64,000 nt of DNA, taken from the NCBI GenBank assembly GCA_013239625.1, contig MU053559.1, positions 1,054,001 through 1,118,000 on the forward strand, written 5' to 3'. The stretch's first letter is position 1. The number at the start of each line of letters is the position of its first letter. This DNA comes from Lama guanicoe (Eukaryota). Shown here piece by piece: positions 1 to 12,405 of the stretch. Both the position numbers and the translations under genes were made by a program. Under the pieces are notes generated by a model that did not search any database, was not told the DNA's origin, and was given only the letters and a program-made list of their open reading frames with translations.

Positions 1-44
1 CAAGAGGGGTGGGGGGGAAATTTCCCCTTCCCTGACACCCCAAA

Positions 45-250
45 ACATCTACAGCAATTTCTTTGTTGTGGGAGCCATACTGTTCATTGTAGGCTGTTTA
101 GCAGAATCCCTGGCTTCCTCTTCCCATTAGATGCCAACAGCACCATCACTTCCTCAATGTAAAAACCAAAAAGTACCTCCTGACATTGCCTAATGTCCCT
201 TGGCGGTGCTGAGGAGGCAAAATTGCCCCCTGTTGAGAATCATTGGTCTA
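45..250 (-). mobile_element. MER20-like hAT MITE
   Basis: gacattgcctaatgtccc...aaattgccccctgttgagaatcattg matches the reverse complement of the recalled MER20 end. Confidence 0.7.
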
Positions 251-726
251 GAAATAAGGCCAAAGAATGGCACTGCATATAAATGATTAAATTGACGTCA
301 TAATGATAGAGAATCTCAGATCGGATATATGAACGACGTACAGCAATGTCCAGTTTAGAGAGGAAATACTTAACATGAAATGGAAAGCTTGAAAATAACA
401 AAATGGAAGAAGTTTTTTCTTTGTAAGCACATTAGGTCTCGTTATGCAGCTCACCACTGCCCTGCACATCCCAGTGGAGTGGTGACTGGATTTCTAGAGG
501 TTAAAGGTCATGGGAATTCAGTTCTAAAATACAGAGGAGGATAACGGTGGGGCATAGTTGATTCAGGATGAGCGTGTGGTTGATGGGAAAGTGTGGAGTC
601 TTAGCAGATGTTTTGTCTTGAGGATGTCTGTGAAGAGCCAAGCACCCCTGCCCCAGTGAGGTTTGGGGCTGGTGGCAGGTATTGCTGCTTTCTTGTATTA
701 TTTTTGCTTGTATAAAACTTAAGGCA

Positions 727-765
727 TCATTCAATAAAAAATGTAAAAAAAAAATTAAACAAAAC
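727..765 (+). mobile_element. Extremely 5'-truncated young L1 (polyA signal and tail only)
   Basis: tcaataaaaaatgt plus A-tail, the same end as the L1 at 3193-3797; 13-bp TSD AAAACTTAAGGCA at 714-726 and 766-778. Confidence 0.75.
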
Positions 766-778
766 AAAACTTAAGGCA

Positions 779-2130
779 GACATCTGCTTCTGGCAGGATG
801 GAGTAAAGAGGTGACTCCTCGCTCCCAAAAGCAACTTAGGGTTGCTGAGAAAAAAAACTGTCAAAAACAACCCTTACAGTATTCTGGAAACTGACCAAAC
901 GCATTCTGCAAACAAGTGTTTTATTCATCAAAACTGCTAGACTGTGGCTCGTAGCAGTGCAGTTTGTGGTGGTTTTTTTCCATGTGGCTCCCCTCCCTCT
1001 TTGAGCGCTGCTGGTGGAGTCGTTCAACCAGGGCAGGGGCCAGCCAGGGAAACACAGTCCTCAGTGCCGCTGCTGGAGATGGCTAGCATGATTGGGAGCA
1101 TGGCCGGTTTAAGTGGCTGTCTCAGCAGCAACCACACGTAGGGGGCCGGCAGAGCCATTAGTGGGACCTTACAGCCTGTTTGGGGCAAGTAATGGACTGG
1201 TCTGCCGGGAGTTTAATGAGGAGATCTGGGTGATGGGACATCCATAGGGGGCTTGATAAACTACCTTAGGCAGACAGGCGCCTTTGCGCATGTGCAGCAG
1301 AGATCAAAACAGACGCAAACCATCCATCTATCTATCTCTGTCTTACTGAGCCTGTGTTCGCACAGAGGAGACAATGAGCAAGCCCAGTGAGAAACAAAAG
1401 CCAGGGCAGACTTGTAAAAGGCCTAAGGTTTGAATGTACTCTCTGGCAGCTAAGCAAGTCAAACATGGCTTGACATGTTTTTGCACAACCTCTGATCAAT
1501 CTCTTGATGAACATTAAGCTGTACAGACATGGGGAGGTGACCCCTAGAAAGCCAGTCTTAAGAAAAAAAAAAAACAAGAAAAAAATCTGAGCAGAGACAT
1601 CAGTGGCTGCCCGCTGCAGGCGAGACAGAGGTCACAGATTTGGTTCAGCTATAAAACCTGGACAAAATGCATGGACCAGCTATTTGAGGGCTCTGAAAAG
1701 TAGAGTGGCAGAAGACTGGGGAAGAAGACAAGAATCTGACGTATCACTGAAACAGTGGCGAGTTTACCTTTTTCATTCTTCCAGTATTCTCCAGCCAGAA
1801 CTAAACGCAGGGTGAAACCAGAAGCGAGCACTGTGGTGCAGAGAGAGATCCAGAAGCCCCTTAGTTCTGACTTCAGGAATAGGAAAGAGAATGTCCAATG
1901 CTCAGAGTGTGGAAATTCCCCACTATTTGTATTTTTCTGTTTATTTTCTCTGGTCTCCTGTGTCCAGGACCCTAAGCAATCTCATGGTGGCATCAACAGT
2001 GGCCAAAGACCTCAGAGGAGCCAAAACTGAGGGAAGGGAAGCTTCCTCTCCAGTAAGTGGAGCTGTGGTCCCAGGAGGGTGGGGTCTCCCTCCCTCCCTT
2101 GAGGGAAGAACTTGGCATAAAATTCTTTAT
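779..2130 (+). mobile_element. Old L1 (L1M-type) 5' region, degraded
   Basis: Begins gacatctgcttctggcaggatggag, like ancient L1 5'UTRs; followed by L1 3' fragments. Confidence 0.45.
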
Positions 2131-2136
2131 GAACTC

Positions 2137-2353
2137 CAGGGGTCAGTAAACTTTTCCCAGAAAGGGCCAGGCAGTAAATATTTTAGACTTTGTACACCAC
2201 ACAGTCTCTGCGCAGCTACCCAACTCTGCCATTATAGCAGGAAAGCAACCAATGCGTGAACAAGTGAGTGTGGCTGGTTCCAATACAACTTTATTTACAA
2301 AAGTAGGCAGTGAGCGGGTTTTGGCTCACGGGGCTATAGTTTGCTGGCCTCTG
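2137..2353 (+). mobile_element. MER58A-like hAT MITE
   Basis: TIRs caggggtcagtaaact ... tagtttgctggcctctg; internal aagggccag..agtaaatatttt. Confidence 0.8.
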
Positions 2354-2354
2354 C

Positions 2355-3930
2355 CACAGAGGAATGAAAACTTATGTGTACACCAAAACCTGTACATCGA
2401 TGTTTACAGCAGCTTTATGCATAATTGCCCCAAACTGGAAACAACCCAAATGTCCTTCAGTGAGTGAATGTATAAACGCACTCTGACAGACTCATACAAA
2501 GAAATATACAACTCCTGCTGAGTACTGCTACTTAGTAATAAAAAGGAATGGACCATCAATACGTGCATTAACATGGATGAATCTCCAAGTATTATGCAGA
2601 GTGAAAGAAGCCAGACTCAAAAGGTTACATACCATAACCTGAGCAAAATATCCCGATGATTCTGTTTATATGGCTTTTTGGTAAAAGCGTAAGTATAGGA
2701 CAGAGAACAGATCACTGGTTGCCAGGGACTGGGATGAAGGGGAGGTTTGATTACAAAGGAGCAGCATAAGAGAGTGTCTGGGGGGCTTGAAACTGTTCTG
2801 TATACTGATTTAGGTGTACTGTATACTGATTTTGGAATCAATATATGTGTTAAAACTCACTGAACTACACGCTAAAACAAGTCAATTTTACTGTATGTAA
2901 ATTTTAAAATAATATATTTGCATGTGGAAAAAATAAATTCCAAATAGACTAAAGTGCTGGCTGTAAAAATGTCAGAATATAGAACATGGGATGAAATTTG
3001 AGGACATTATACCAAGTGAAATAACACAGTCAGAAAGACAAATACTATACGATTCAACTTATATGCGGTACCTAGAGTAGTCAAATTCATAGACACAGAC
3101 AGCAGGTTAGTGCCAGGGGCTGGTGGAGGGGAAAATGGGGCATTGGTGTTTAACAGGTACTGAGTTTTAGTTTTGCAAGATGAAAAAGTTCTTCCAGAAG
3201 GAAATCTACTTCAGGATGACACGTGCACCCCAATGTTCATAGCAGCACTATTTACAATAGCCAAAACATGGAAACAGCCTAAATGTCCATCAACAGGTGA
3301 CTGGATAAAGAAGAGGTGGTATATTTATACAATGGAATACTACTCAGCCATAAAAACCGACAACATAATGCCATTTGCAGCAACATGGATGCTCCTAGAG
3401 AATGTCATTCTAAGTGAAGTAAGCCAGAAAGAGAAAGAAAAATACCATATGAGATCGCTCATATGTGGAATCTAAAAAAAAAAAACAAACAAACAAACAA
3501 AAACAAAGCATAAATACAGGACAGAAATAGACTCATGGACAGAGAATACAGACTTGTGGTTACCAGGGGGGTAGAGGGTGGGAAGGGATAGACTGGGATT
3601 TCAAAATTGTAGAATAGATAAACAAGATTACACTGTATAGCACAGGGAAATATACACAAAATGTTATGATAAATCACAGAGAAAAAAATGTGACAATGAG
3701 TGTGTATATGTCCATGAATGACTGAAAAATTGTGCTGAACACTGGAATTTGACACAACATTGTAAAATGATTATAAATCAATAAAAAATGTTAAAAAAAA
3801 AAGTTCTAGAGATTGGTTGCTTGCACAACCCTGTGAAAATACTTGGCACGACTGAACTATACACTTAAAAATGGTTAAGCTGGTAAATGTCTGGTGTGTA
3901 TTACCACAGTTCATTTTTTTTTAATTTTTA
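2355..3930 (+). mobile_element. Old L1M 3' end fragments, interrupted by a young L1
   Basis: aaactggaaacaacccaaatgtcc, atggatgaatctc and gagtgaaagaagccagac L1 3' motifs. Confidence 0.75.
3193..3797 (+). mobile_element. Young lineage-specific L1, 5'-truncated (ORF2 C-terminus, 3'UTR, polyA)
   Basis: DTCTPMFIAALFTIAKTWKQPKCPS ORF2 end; A-tail; TSD AAAAAGTTCT at 3183-3192 and 3798-3807. Confidence 0.92.
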
Positions 3931-4782
3931 GATTTACCGGGCAACAATATTGTGAGGGTACTTGATAGAGGCCACAGTGCTAGAAACAATATACTAAGTT
4001 CAGTTAACATTGACTCCAGATTTTACTCACTATGAAATACTGGAAATACCTCAAAATTCTGAGTAAAATTCACAAGTTTCAATTCTGATCCTTCCTCTTT
4101 TTAGGTGTAAGAATAGAAAGAAGTTACTTCATTTCCACTCATCTTATCTAAAAGAACAGTATGAAAATTCTTATCGGTAAATGCAAAGATATTTTTAAAC
4201 AAAGAGCACAGAGAATTTACCATCAATGTTCTGGACTTGAGGAAAATATGCAACAAAATTCTCTAACCTTAGAACAGAAATCTCAAAATAGGAGGAAAAC
4301 AGTAACGAGCAAAGAGTTTTGCACCGTTTTTGCATAAAATGGAAGATGATTGGGCATTTAAGATAAATATTCTCTACTATAAGGGAAAAAACAATAGTAG
4401 CCCAGGACTTGAATACTTTTATTAAAGTAAAACAAAATATAAATACAGGCCACACAACACAAAAGTATAGCTTAATGGTTTATTATAAGGCAAACACCCT
4501 TGTAACCACTACTGAATTCAAGAAAGAACTTTGTCACTCACCTCAGAAGCCCCACCCAATTTCAACCCACCAACCATCACCCTGACTTTATAGCAATTAC
4601 TGCCTTGAATTTCTTTATCATTATATCACACGGGTGTACGTTCCAAACATTGTAGTTTAGAATTTAGTCTTGCCTGTTAAGAAACATTGTTAGATTTTGA
4701 TGTCTCTTTTCGTCTCAAGTTTCTCACTCAAGTCTGGATTTTCCACAGCCTAGATTTGGGTGGTTGCCCACGTGTGGTGCAG

Positions 4783-5679
4783 TGTATAAAAAACCTACAC
4801 TATTCCTTTGTGTGTCTCTTGTACTTTCACACTGCTACCACACTCACTTCTCACACCAGATATGTGGGTGTTTCCCCCCTACACACACACGAAGCAATTC
4901 TCTGTGACACCAGCTTTCTCACAATTTCACTCAATTCTGACACTACCTACCTGAAGATAGTATCAGATCCCACAGGCTCAGTCCTATGAGACTTCAGATG
5001 TCAGTTGCATGTCCAAACCATTGTGCTTCTGACCAACTAGCTATAGATCAGAGGTTCCTATGACCCAAACCTCAGATTCAGTTAATTCGCTAGAGAAGCT
5101 CACAGGAAACTAGTTTACTCATTGTTTACCAGTTTATTTTTAAAAGGATATGATTAAGGATACAGATGAACAGCCGGATGGAAGGGGTATGTAGAGCAAG
5201 GTATGTGTGAAGGCGAGATTCCCTGCCCTCTCCAAGTGTGCCGCTCTCCCAGCACGTCCACGTGTTCACCAACCTAGAAGCTCTCCAAACCCTATACTTT
5301 CAGGATTTTTATGGAGGCTTCATAACGTAGCCATGATTGACCATGAACCCCATTTCTAGCCCATCTCCTCTCTCTGGAGAATGGGGGTAGGGCTGAAAAC
5401 GTCACGCTTCTAAACAAAACTTGGTCTTTCTGGTGACCAACCCCTATCCAGGAACCCACTTAGAGTCACCTCATTCAAACAAAAGATACTGCTGTCACCC
5501 AGGAAATTCCAAAGGATTTAGGAGCTCTGTGTCAGGATCCAGGATAAAAGACCAAGTGTGAGAACAAAAGATGCTTCAAGTGCTCTCATCACTTAGGAAA
5601 TTGCCAGGGCTTTAGGAGTTCGGTGTCAGAAACTGAGGGCAGAGACCTATACATATATTTTTTTTTCTGTTATTTCACA
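4783..5679 (-). mobile_element. Solo ERVL-class LTR (MER21-like)
   Basis: TG...CA ends, 5-bp TSD TGCAG at 4778-4782 and 5680-5684, and a MER21-like caattctgacactacctacctgaagatagtatcagatcccacagg motif. Confidence 0.8.
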
Positions 5680-8600
5680 TGCAGTGCAGCATATTTTTTT
5701 GTTCTCTGTTTCCTGCAAACAGGCATCTGGATGCAGAGGCCATATCTGATTGAGGTTTGATCTCTTTAGCAAGACTTCAGGGAGCAGCATGTCTTCTCAT
5801 CAGGGGCACATAATGTCCAATTGTCATTCTTTTTGTGATGTTAGCAGCTGAGATGTTCCGAGCCTAGATCCACCATTCATTAGTCGTTGTGAAATGGTGA
5901 TACTCAAACTCTAACAATTCTTTCCCATTTATTAATTGCGATACTTTTAGCAAGGTGCTTTCACTCATCTGTCATTTGGTTACGGATGCTACAGTTCCCA
6001 TAGGAAAGGCAGGAAAAATGATTTATTCTTTTCCTTTTATTGACCAGTTTTCAGATAAATGATTTATTCTTTTCCTTTTATTGACCAGTTTTCAAAAAAA
6101 TGATTTGATTCCCTATCACCCTCCAAAGGTTACTACTTTATTAAAGATCATTGTGAATTTGTGAATCTGAACATATTAGATGGGTTTCAGTCAAATCGCA
6201 ATTATTATCTTCTTGAAGCTCAAATTGTCTCATCTGTGGCCAGTGGAAGATTCCTAAAGCTGGTTCCCAGGTCCTTTGGCCCTGACCCTAGTAAGCCTTG
6301 AACACTTCCTCACCATCTGCTATGATGACAAGATTCCAGAGTCATCTTGTACATTTCCAGTCTCAGATCTGGAACCAGTCGTTTCTCTAAGAAATGTTGG
6401 TTTCTTTTCATGGGAAATGGTATTTTAAGGCCACAATCTGGGTGCCAGGTTGTGGATTATTACTGAGTTGGTCACTGTTTCTAGGCCTCTTCCGCAGACA
6501 TAGCTAGAAAGTGCACACACATACACACACACACATTCTTTTTAAATAAACTATCTTATGAGATCATCCTGATATTTCCACATATGAACACACACATTCT
6601 TTTTTTTAATAAACTATCTTATGAGATCATCCTGGTATTTCCAATTCAAATTCAAGAATCTAAGTTGGTTTTTTGCTGGGGTTTTTTTTTTTTTTGGGCT
6701 GTTTTTACTTAACCTCGTCTCCATTGTATCTGTCTTTCCTTTCTTCCACACCAAAAATACAGCTTCTCAAAGATACAGGGGATGATAGTTATTCATTCAT
6801 TTATCCCATTGTGTTAGGGGTTCCCAGAATCACCTCACGTTCAATGACTTGCCAGAAGGACTGACAGGATTGAGTATATAGTTGTAGTCACAGCTAAGTT
6901 TGATCACAGCAAAAGGATATGTGACAGAATGGGCAAGGGAAAAAGACACAGGCAGAGTCTGAAGGATGCCACGTGCGGGCTTCCTCCTGCTGTCTCTCTC
7001 CCGTGATGCAGAGCTCGTTGTTCCCTAGCAACGAAAACGCAGCAACACGCGTGTGATGTTTCTGCCCAGGGAAGCCATTAGAGACTCAATGCCCGAGGTT
7101 TTTACTGAGGGCTCGTCACACGGCACTCTCTGCCTAGCACGTACCAAAATGGCAAGACTCTTAGAAGGAAGGCAGATGATGGTATAAATCACACTGCACA
7201 AGAGTCTAGGCAAGTGAGCCGTCCCTATCAGTTAAGGAATACTGGGAACACTTTCCAAATGCAAGTTCCCAGCCAAGGGCTAACGTTCCAAGGAGGCCTT
7301 TCAAAGACAGCGGTCTTAGGCATACTCTCTTAACCCCTTTCTGGATTGTTCACCCGTTGGCCCTTGGCCAAGGCAATTACAGCAAAATCATCAGTAGGAC
7401 CCCATGCATCAGGGTGAGACCAACCTGTGCTACTGACCTCAGTTATACCCTCTAGGGGTCCTAGATTCCACCAATTAAAACAAATCCTGTTCACCACAAA
7501 GATCTAGCTTAGAAAGCCAGGTGGCTTCCTCCTTAAATTTCTAGATGAATCTTTTGGGGGGGGGAGCCTGGCTTGTGGCATCTGTTCAAGCACAGTTGAC
7601 TATGTTCCTTGAGTGGAAGCTGACCTGAAAGTCTTCCGGGGTCTGAGGCCATGCTGGGATGTTCAGGGAGCACACACAGGAAGTGCCATCCCAGAGGGCC
7701 CATGTGACACCCCTGGAAACAAAGAGTTCACGATTGCTAGGGCGCCCTGAGCAGGACATACATCAGGAAGGCAGTGCAGCTCACCGGGGCCCCAGTGTGG
7801 CGTCCCACCATCGAAGGGACTTAGATGAACTCCCTTGTCCAGTTTGAATAATTCGTTTGAGGCTTTGGTTTCAGGACAGACACTAGTGACACAGAGTTAA
7901 TGGGGCCCCCAAGGTGGCTTGAAGGCAGCCAGTTTCCATCATTTGGCTTGTCCCATTCAGGGCTTGTCCACCCCTTGTGTGGACTACATTTGGAGGCGCT
8001 CTGCAGGCAAAGCACAGTGGCTGGAGCTACCCCTGCGGTCCCATGGTCAGAGCTCTGTCAGGTGTGACTGAAGGCTCACAGTCGGTTTGCATTCCAAATG
8101 CTCACAGCAGCTTGGAGATGAAACATCGCAGGGCATCTTTCTTCAGACAGAGGGGAAAGCTTCCAGGAGCAGTTCAGAAAAATGAAGCTGATTAATGCCC
8201 TCTCTGCTCCCCAGCTTTTTCTTGATTTCTCCATGGTTACGACATCAGTGTGTCTCATTGAGTGATCATAACCTTACATTTCCCAATCACTCCACCCTCC
8301 TCTAGACCTTTTGTCTGGAAGGGTTGTATGCAAGAAGGAAACATATTTTCCCAGGAAAATATTTTTATACAATTTAACCAGAAAGACACATCACGTTCAG
8401 GAATTGGTCAGGAAGAATCCTGAACTTTCCATTTTTTCCCCCAAGTGATTTTGCATAACCTCCCACTCCTTTCGCCCTGATCATTTCCCCAGTGAGTAGC
8501 TAGAGAAAAAAAAAAGCAACCCTTTGCTGGGGGCAGCTACATTTAACCATCAAACGCCTTGCTAAAGTGTGTGTAGCAAGAGAGAGATAAGGGAGGTAGA

Positions 8601-8864
8601 GTCAGGCTATTGGTTCATTGGTACAAACTGTAAGCCCTTTGGAAAGTGGAACACAGCGACTCAACAGCAGTGACACAGTGGCGGGGGGAGGTCTCGAGTT
8701 CCATCTGTGGGGAGTAGGGGGCTATCACACTCCCCGTGATGTACTCCCCAGCCTTGTAGCTTTCAACAGTCACCCCAGGTAAACCACACAAGTAGTCTCT
8801 ATATCAGAAAACAGAGCCTGGGGTGGAGGCAGGTTGGTGGTAGGGGGCGTGGTGGTGGGGTGGG

Positions 8865-8990
8865 GAGCAGTAATAGCTCAGAGGTAGAGCATGTGCTTAG
8901 CATGCACGAGGTCCTGGGTTCAATCCTCAGTACCTCCATTAAAAATAAATAAATAAACCTAATCCCACCCCACCACCACCACCAAAAAAG
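8865..8990 (+). mobile_element. tRNA-Ala-derived SINE (Vic-1-like)
   Basis: tagctcagaggtagagcatgtgcttagcatgcacgaggtcctgggttcaatcc (A/B boxes) followed by an AT-rich tail. Confidence 0.85.
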
Positions 8991-9351
8991 AAATACAGAG
9001 ATGATCAGCATCTCAAATTCAGAGAACAAGCCCTTTCCCATCAGCATTTGTATGATAATCAAACATCATGTTCAGCCTATTTTTGGAGTTCTGGCTCCAC
9101 AGAGGCGGTCTGAAATCCAGAATCTGGAATCTGTTCTTCGAGATGCACAGCTCACAGCGAGGCTGAAACAGCTGCAGAAGACAGTTTCAGCTTTCAGCTT
9201 CGAGTCAGGCCCAGGCAATTAGGATCTGTGAATCCAGGATATTTTTAAAAAGCCAGCGGCTTTTCTTCAATAGCAGCAAAGCCGAGCCAAGGAAGGGCCA
9301 GAGAGCTGTGTTCTCAGGCCAAGTAACAAGCCAAGCTTTCCTAAAAGCTCT

Positions 9352-9930
9352 TTTTGAATGAGTATAGTTGATGCACAATAGTCTGTAAGTTACAGGTGTA
9401 CAATATAGTGATTCACAATTTTAAAGGTTATACTCCATTTATAGTTATTTTAAAATATTGGCTATATTCCCCATGTTATACAATATATCCTTGTAGCTTA
9501 TTTTATACCTAATAGTTTTGTATCTCTTAATTCCCTACCCCTATATTGCCCCTCCCCCCTTCCCTCTCACCACTGGCAATCACTCATTTGTCCTCTAGAT
9601 CTGTGAGTCTTAATTTCAATTTTTAAAAATCGAAGTATAGTTGATTTGCAATATTGTGTTAGTTTCAGGTGTACAGCAAAGTGATTCAGTTACATATATA
9701 TTTTTTCAGATTATTTTCCATTATAGGTTATCACAAAATATTGAATATAGTTCCCCGTGCTATACAGTAAATCCTTGTTGCTTATCTATTTTCTGTGTAG
9801 TAGTTTGTATCTATTAATCCCAAACTCCTAATTTATCCCTCCCCCCTCTTCCTCCTTGGTAACCATAAATTTGTTTTCTGTGTCCATGAGTCTGTTTCTG
9901 TTTTGTGTATAGGTTCATTTGTATCATTTC
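9352..9930 (-). mobile_element. Two tandem L1 3'UTR fragments
   Basis: agtatagttgat...caggtgtaca...tattcccc motifs at ~9355 and ~9630. Confidence 0.8.
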
Positions 9931-10398
9931 TAAAAGCCCTTTGTAGCTTGTCAGTTTTAGAGTTCAAACAGACTCACTCAAAAATGGGTATGTCGGGCTG
10001 GAAAACCAGCAGCCTCTACAGGCCAGGCAGTTCATTTCAACGAGAACACGTTAGCAAACTAAAAGCTGGATTTCAAAACTCCAAAAGTACATTTCCAGCT
10101 GAGGATTGCCTCTATTTCCATGTTGTCTCCTTTTTTCCAGAGGCTCCAATAGGTAAAAATCATTCATCACGGGGTCTTGTTCTGTTTCCAATACTCAAAT
10201 AGTTTAAACTGCCATCAGCCTACAGACAGAAAAAAACAGGGGAGCTGTGATCCACACTTGTTTTTCCTTTGCAGCTTTCCCTGTCAGGATGATCTGTCTA
10301 TACTGATGAAATGAAACATATTAACATCTTACATCAACTTTCATCATGTGCCCAGAGCGAAAGCCCTAAGTACAAAGTCTTCTAAATACTCCCCTCTT

Positions 10399-10885
10399 GG
10401 ACCTGGAGGGTATTATGATCAGTGAAATAAGTCAGACAGAGAAAGACAAATACTGTATGATATCACTTATAGGTGGAATCTAAAAAATAAAACACACTAG
10501 TAAATATAACAAAACAGAAACAGACTCACAGATAGAGAACAAACTAGTGGTTACCAGTGGGGAGAGGGAAGGGGGGAGGAGCAAGCTAGGAGGAGGGGAT
10601 GAAGAGGCATAAACTAGTTGGTATAAAATTAATAAGCTACAAGGATATATTGTCCAGCACAGGGAACATGGCCAGTATTTTATAAAACTATTAATTTATT
10701 TTTAATTGAAGTATAGTCAGTTACAATGTGTCAATTTCTGGTGAACAGCATAATATTTCAATTATACATATACATAATAACTTTCAATAGAGTATAATCT
10801 ATAAAATTTTTGAATCGCTATGTTGTACACCTGAAACTAATCTAATATTGTAAATCAACTCTACCTCAGTTTCCAAAAAAAAATG
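10399..10885 (+). mobile_element. L1 3' end
   Basis: ggacctggagggtattatg..agtgaaataagtcagacagagaaagacaaatactg; A-tail at ~10875. Confidence 0.85.
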
Positions 10886-12309
10886 GGCAAAGTAAATGTT
10901 CAGACAGCACACACAGAAGTCCCTTTTTCCCTCAAACCTCTGGCTGTAAAATCAGCATTTACAGGGTTAACATTGTAGCTGCCTGGTGATCCAGGCTGCA
11001 AAATGAGGAGGGGCTGCAGTGGAGCAGGGGCAGCTGCTAAGCAGAAGAAAAGCTAGAGTAGCTTTTTGTTGTTTCTTTCATTCGTTTGTATCCTTCTGAT
11101 TTATCTAAAGCCTTGCTCCAGCTGTGGGAACTGATTTCACTATTTTCCTTCCACTTGGAGGAGACAGCAACACAAACTTTTAACATTTTTGGTCCACCCA
11201 AACCCCACCTTCCTGAATTTCAGGACCCTTCCCCTCCTATCTGGAGGAGAGAGCAACTACAAACTAATTTTGATTGTCTTCAGTTCATATGAAGTTCATT
11301 GAGGGGGAAATATTCGGGCCTTTTCTCCTCCCACTTGGAGGAGAAAATTAAAAACCATCAGCTGAGCTGCCCTTTTCCCTCCCTTTAGCCGCTTGGCCAA
11401 GATAGAGCAGCCAGGGGATGGAGCAAGCCAACTCCTATGGTTGGATTTATTGTTCTCAAATTCCAGAGGGATGGCAGCTCAGCTGCTGTAGGTAACCCCA
11501 AAGCACCTAGTCACCAAGATTTTGTCACACCCCATCCCTTTTTTTCCTTTCTTCCTAAGTGATGCTGTAGCCATATTCGGTCAGTGAATCAGTGTTGTTC
11601 TATTGAGTCCCATCACTGCTACCACATCCGGTGATTCGCTGCAAGGACTCATAGGACTGGGGATATAGTTGTATTTGCAGCTAAGGTTTACAACAGCAAA
11701 TAGATATGCGGTTGAATCAGCCAAGGAAAAAGATCCAGGAGGATGCCATGCACAGGTCTCCTTCTGCTGTCTCCTTTCCACGAGGGGTCACACAGAACTT
11801 GCTGTTCCCGCAGCAGCGAAAAACACAGCATTACGTGCGTGCGTGATAGTTCTGCCCAGAGAAGCCAGTTAGAGACTCGCTGTCCAAGGTTTTTACTGGG
11901 ATTTAGTCACCAGGCACCCTCTGCTGAGCATGTACCAAGTTCCCCAGAAGGAAAGCAGATGTTTGGCATAAATCACAGTGTTTGCACAAACAGTCGAGGC
12001 ATGCCGAGCCACCCTCTTCAGTTAGGAAATAGTGGGAATCTTCCTGAAATTCAAGTTCCCAGACGCCAGCCAAGGGCCAGCCCTCTGAGCTGGTCTTTCG
12101 AAGGAGAGCCGTCTTGATAACCCCTCTCCGGGGACACGTGTTATTCAGTCTCTGAATTACAGTACTATAGTATACCACCACCACTGATACAATTATCAAG
12201 AATAATTTTAAAAAATAAATATACTCTCCCCGGTTGCACTGTAATTACATTACCTGAGCCATTACATTCTAAACCCTCCCTTTGAACTGTTATTTGATCT
12301 TTTTGTTTG

Positions 12310-12405
12310 GCTTCTCTCTCTCTCTCTCTTTTAATGGAGATGCTGGGAATTGAACCCAGGACCTCATGCAGCATGCGCTCTACCACTGAGCTATGCCCGC
12401 TCCTC
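12310..12405 (-). mobile_element. tRNA-derived SINE (Vic-1-like)
   Basis: ggaattgaacccaggacctc...ctctaccactgagcta. Confidence 0.8.

Larger units (their letters stand above)
6810..12135 (-). mobile_element. Degraded ERVL-like provirus: MER68/MER77-like LTRs at ~6810-7345 and ~11590-12135 with internal sequence and later L1/SINE insertions
   Basis: Two same-orientation homologous LTR-like blocks (aaggact..caggat...atatagttgta...cagctaag; ctgcccag.gaagcca.ttagagactc) flank non-L1 sequence; no intact gag/pol ORF. Confidence 0.6.

Noticed and set aside
8865..8940. tRNA-Ala-like sequences (also ~21171, 49818, 56526 and others)
   Set aside because: SINE heads with AT-rich tails and TSDs, not tRNA genes
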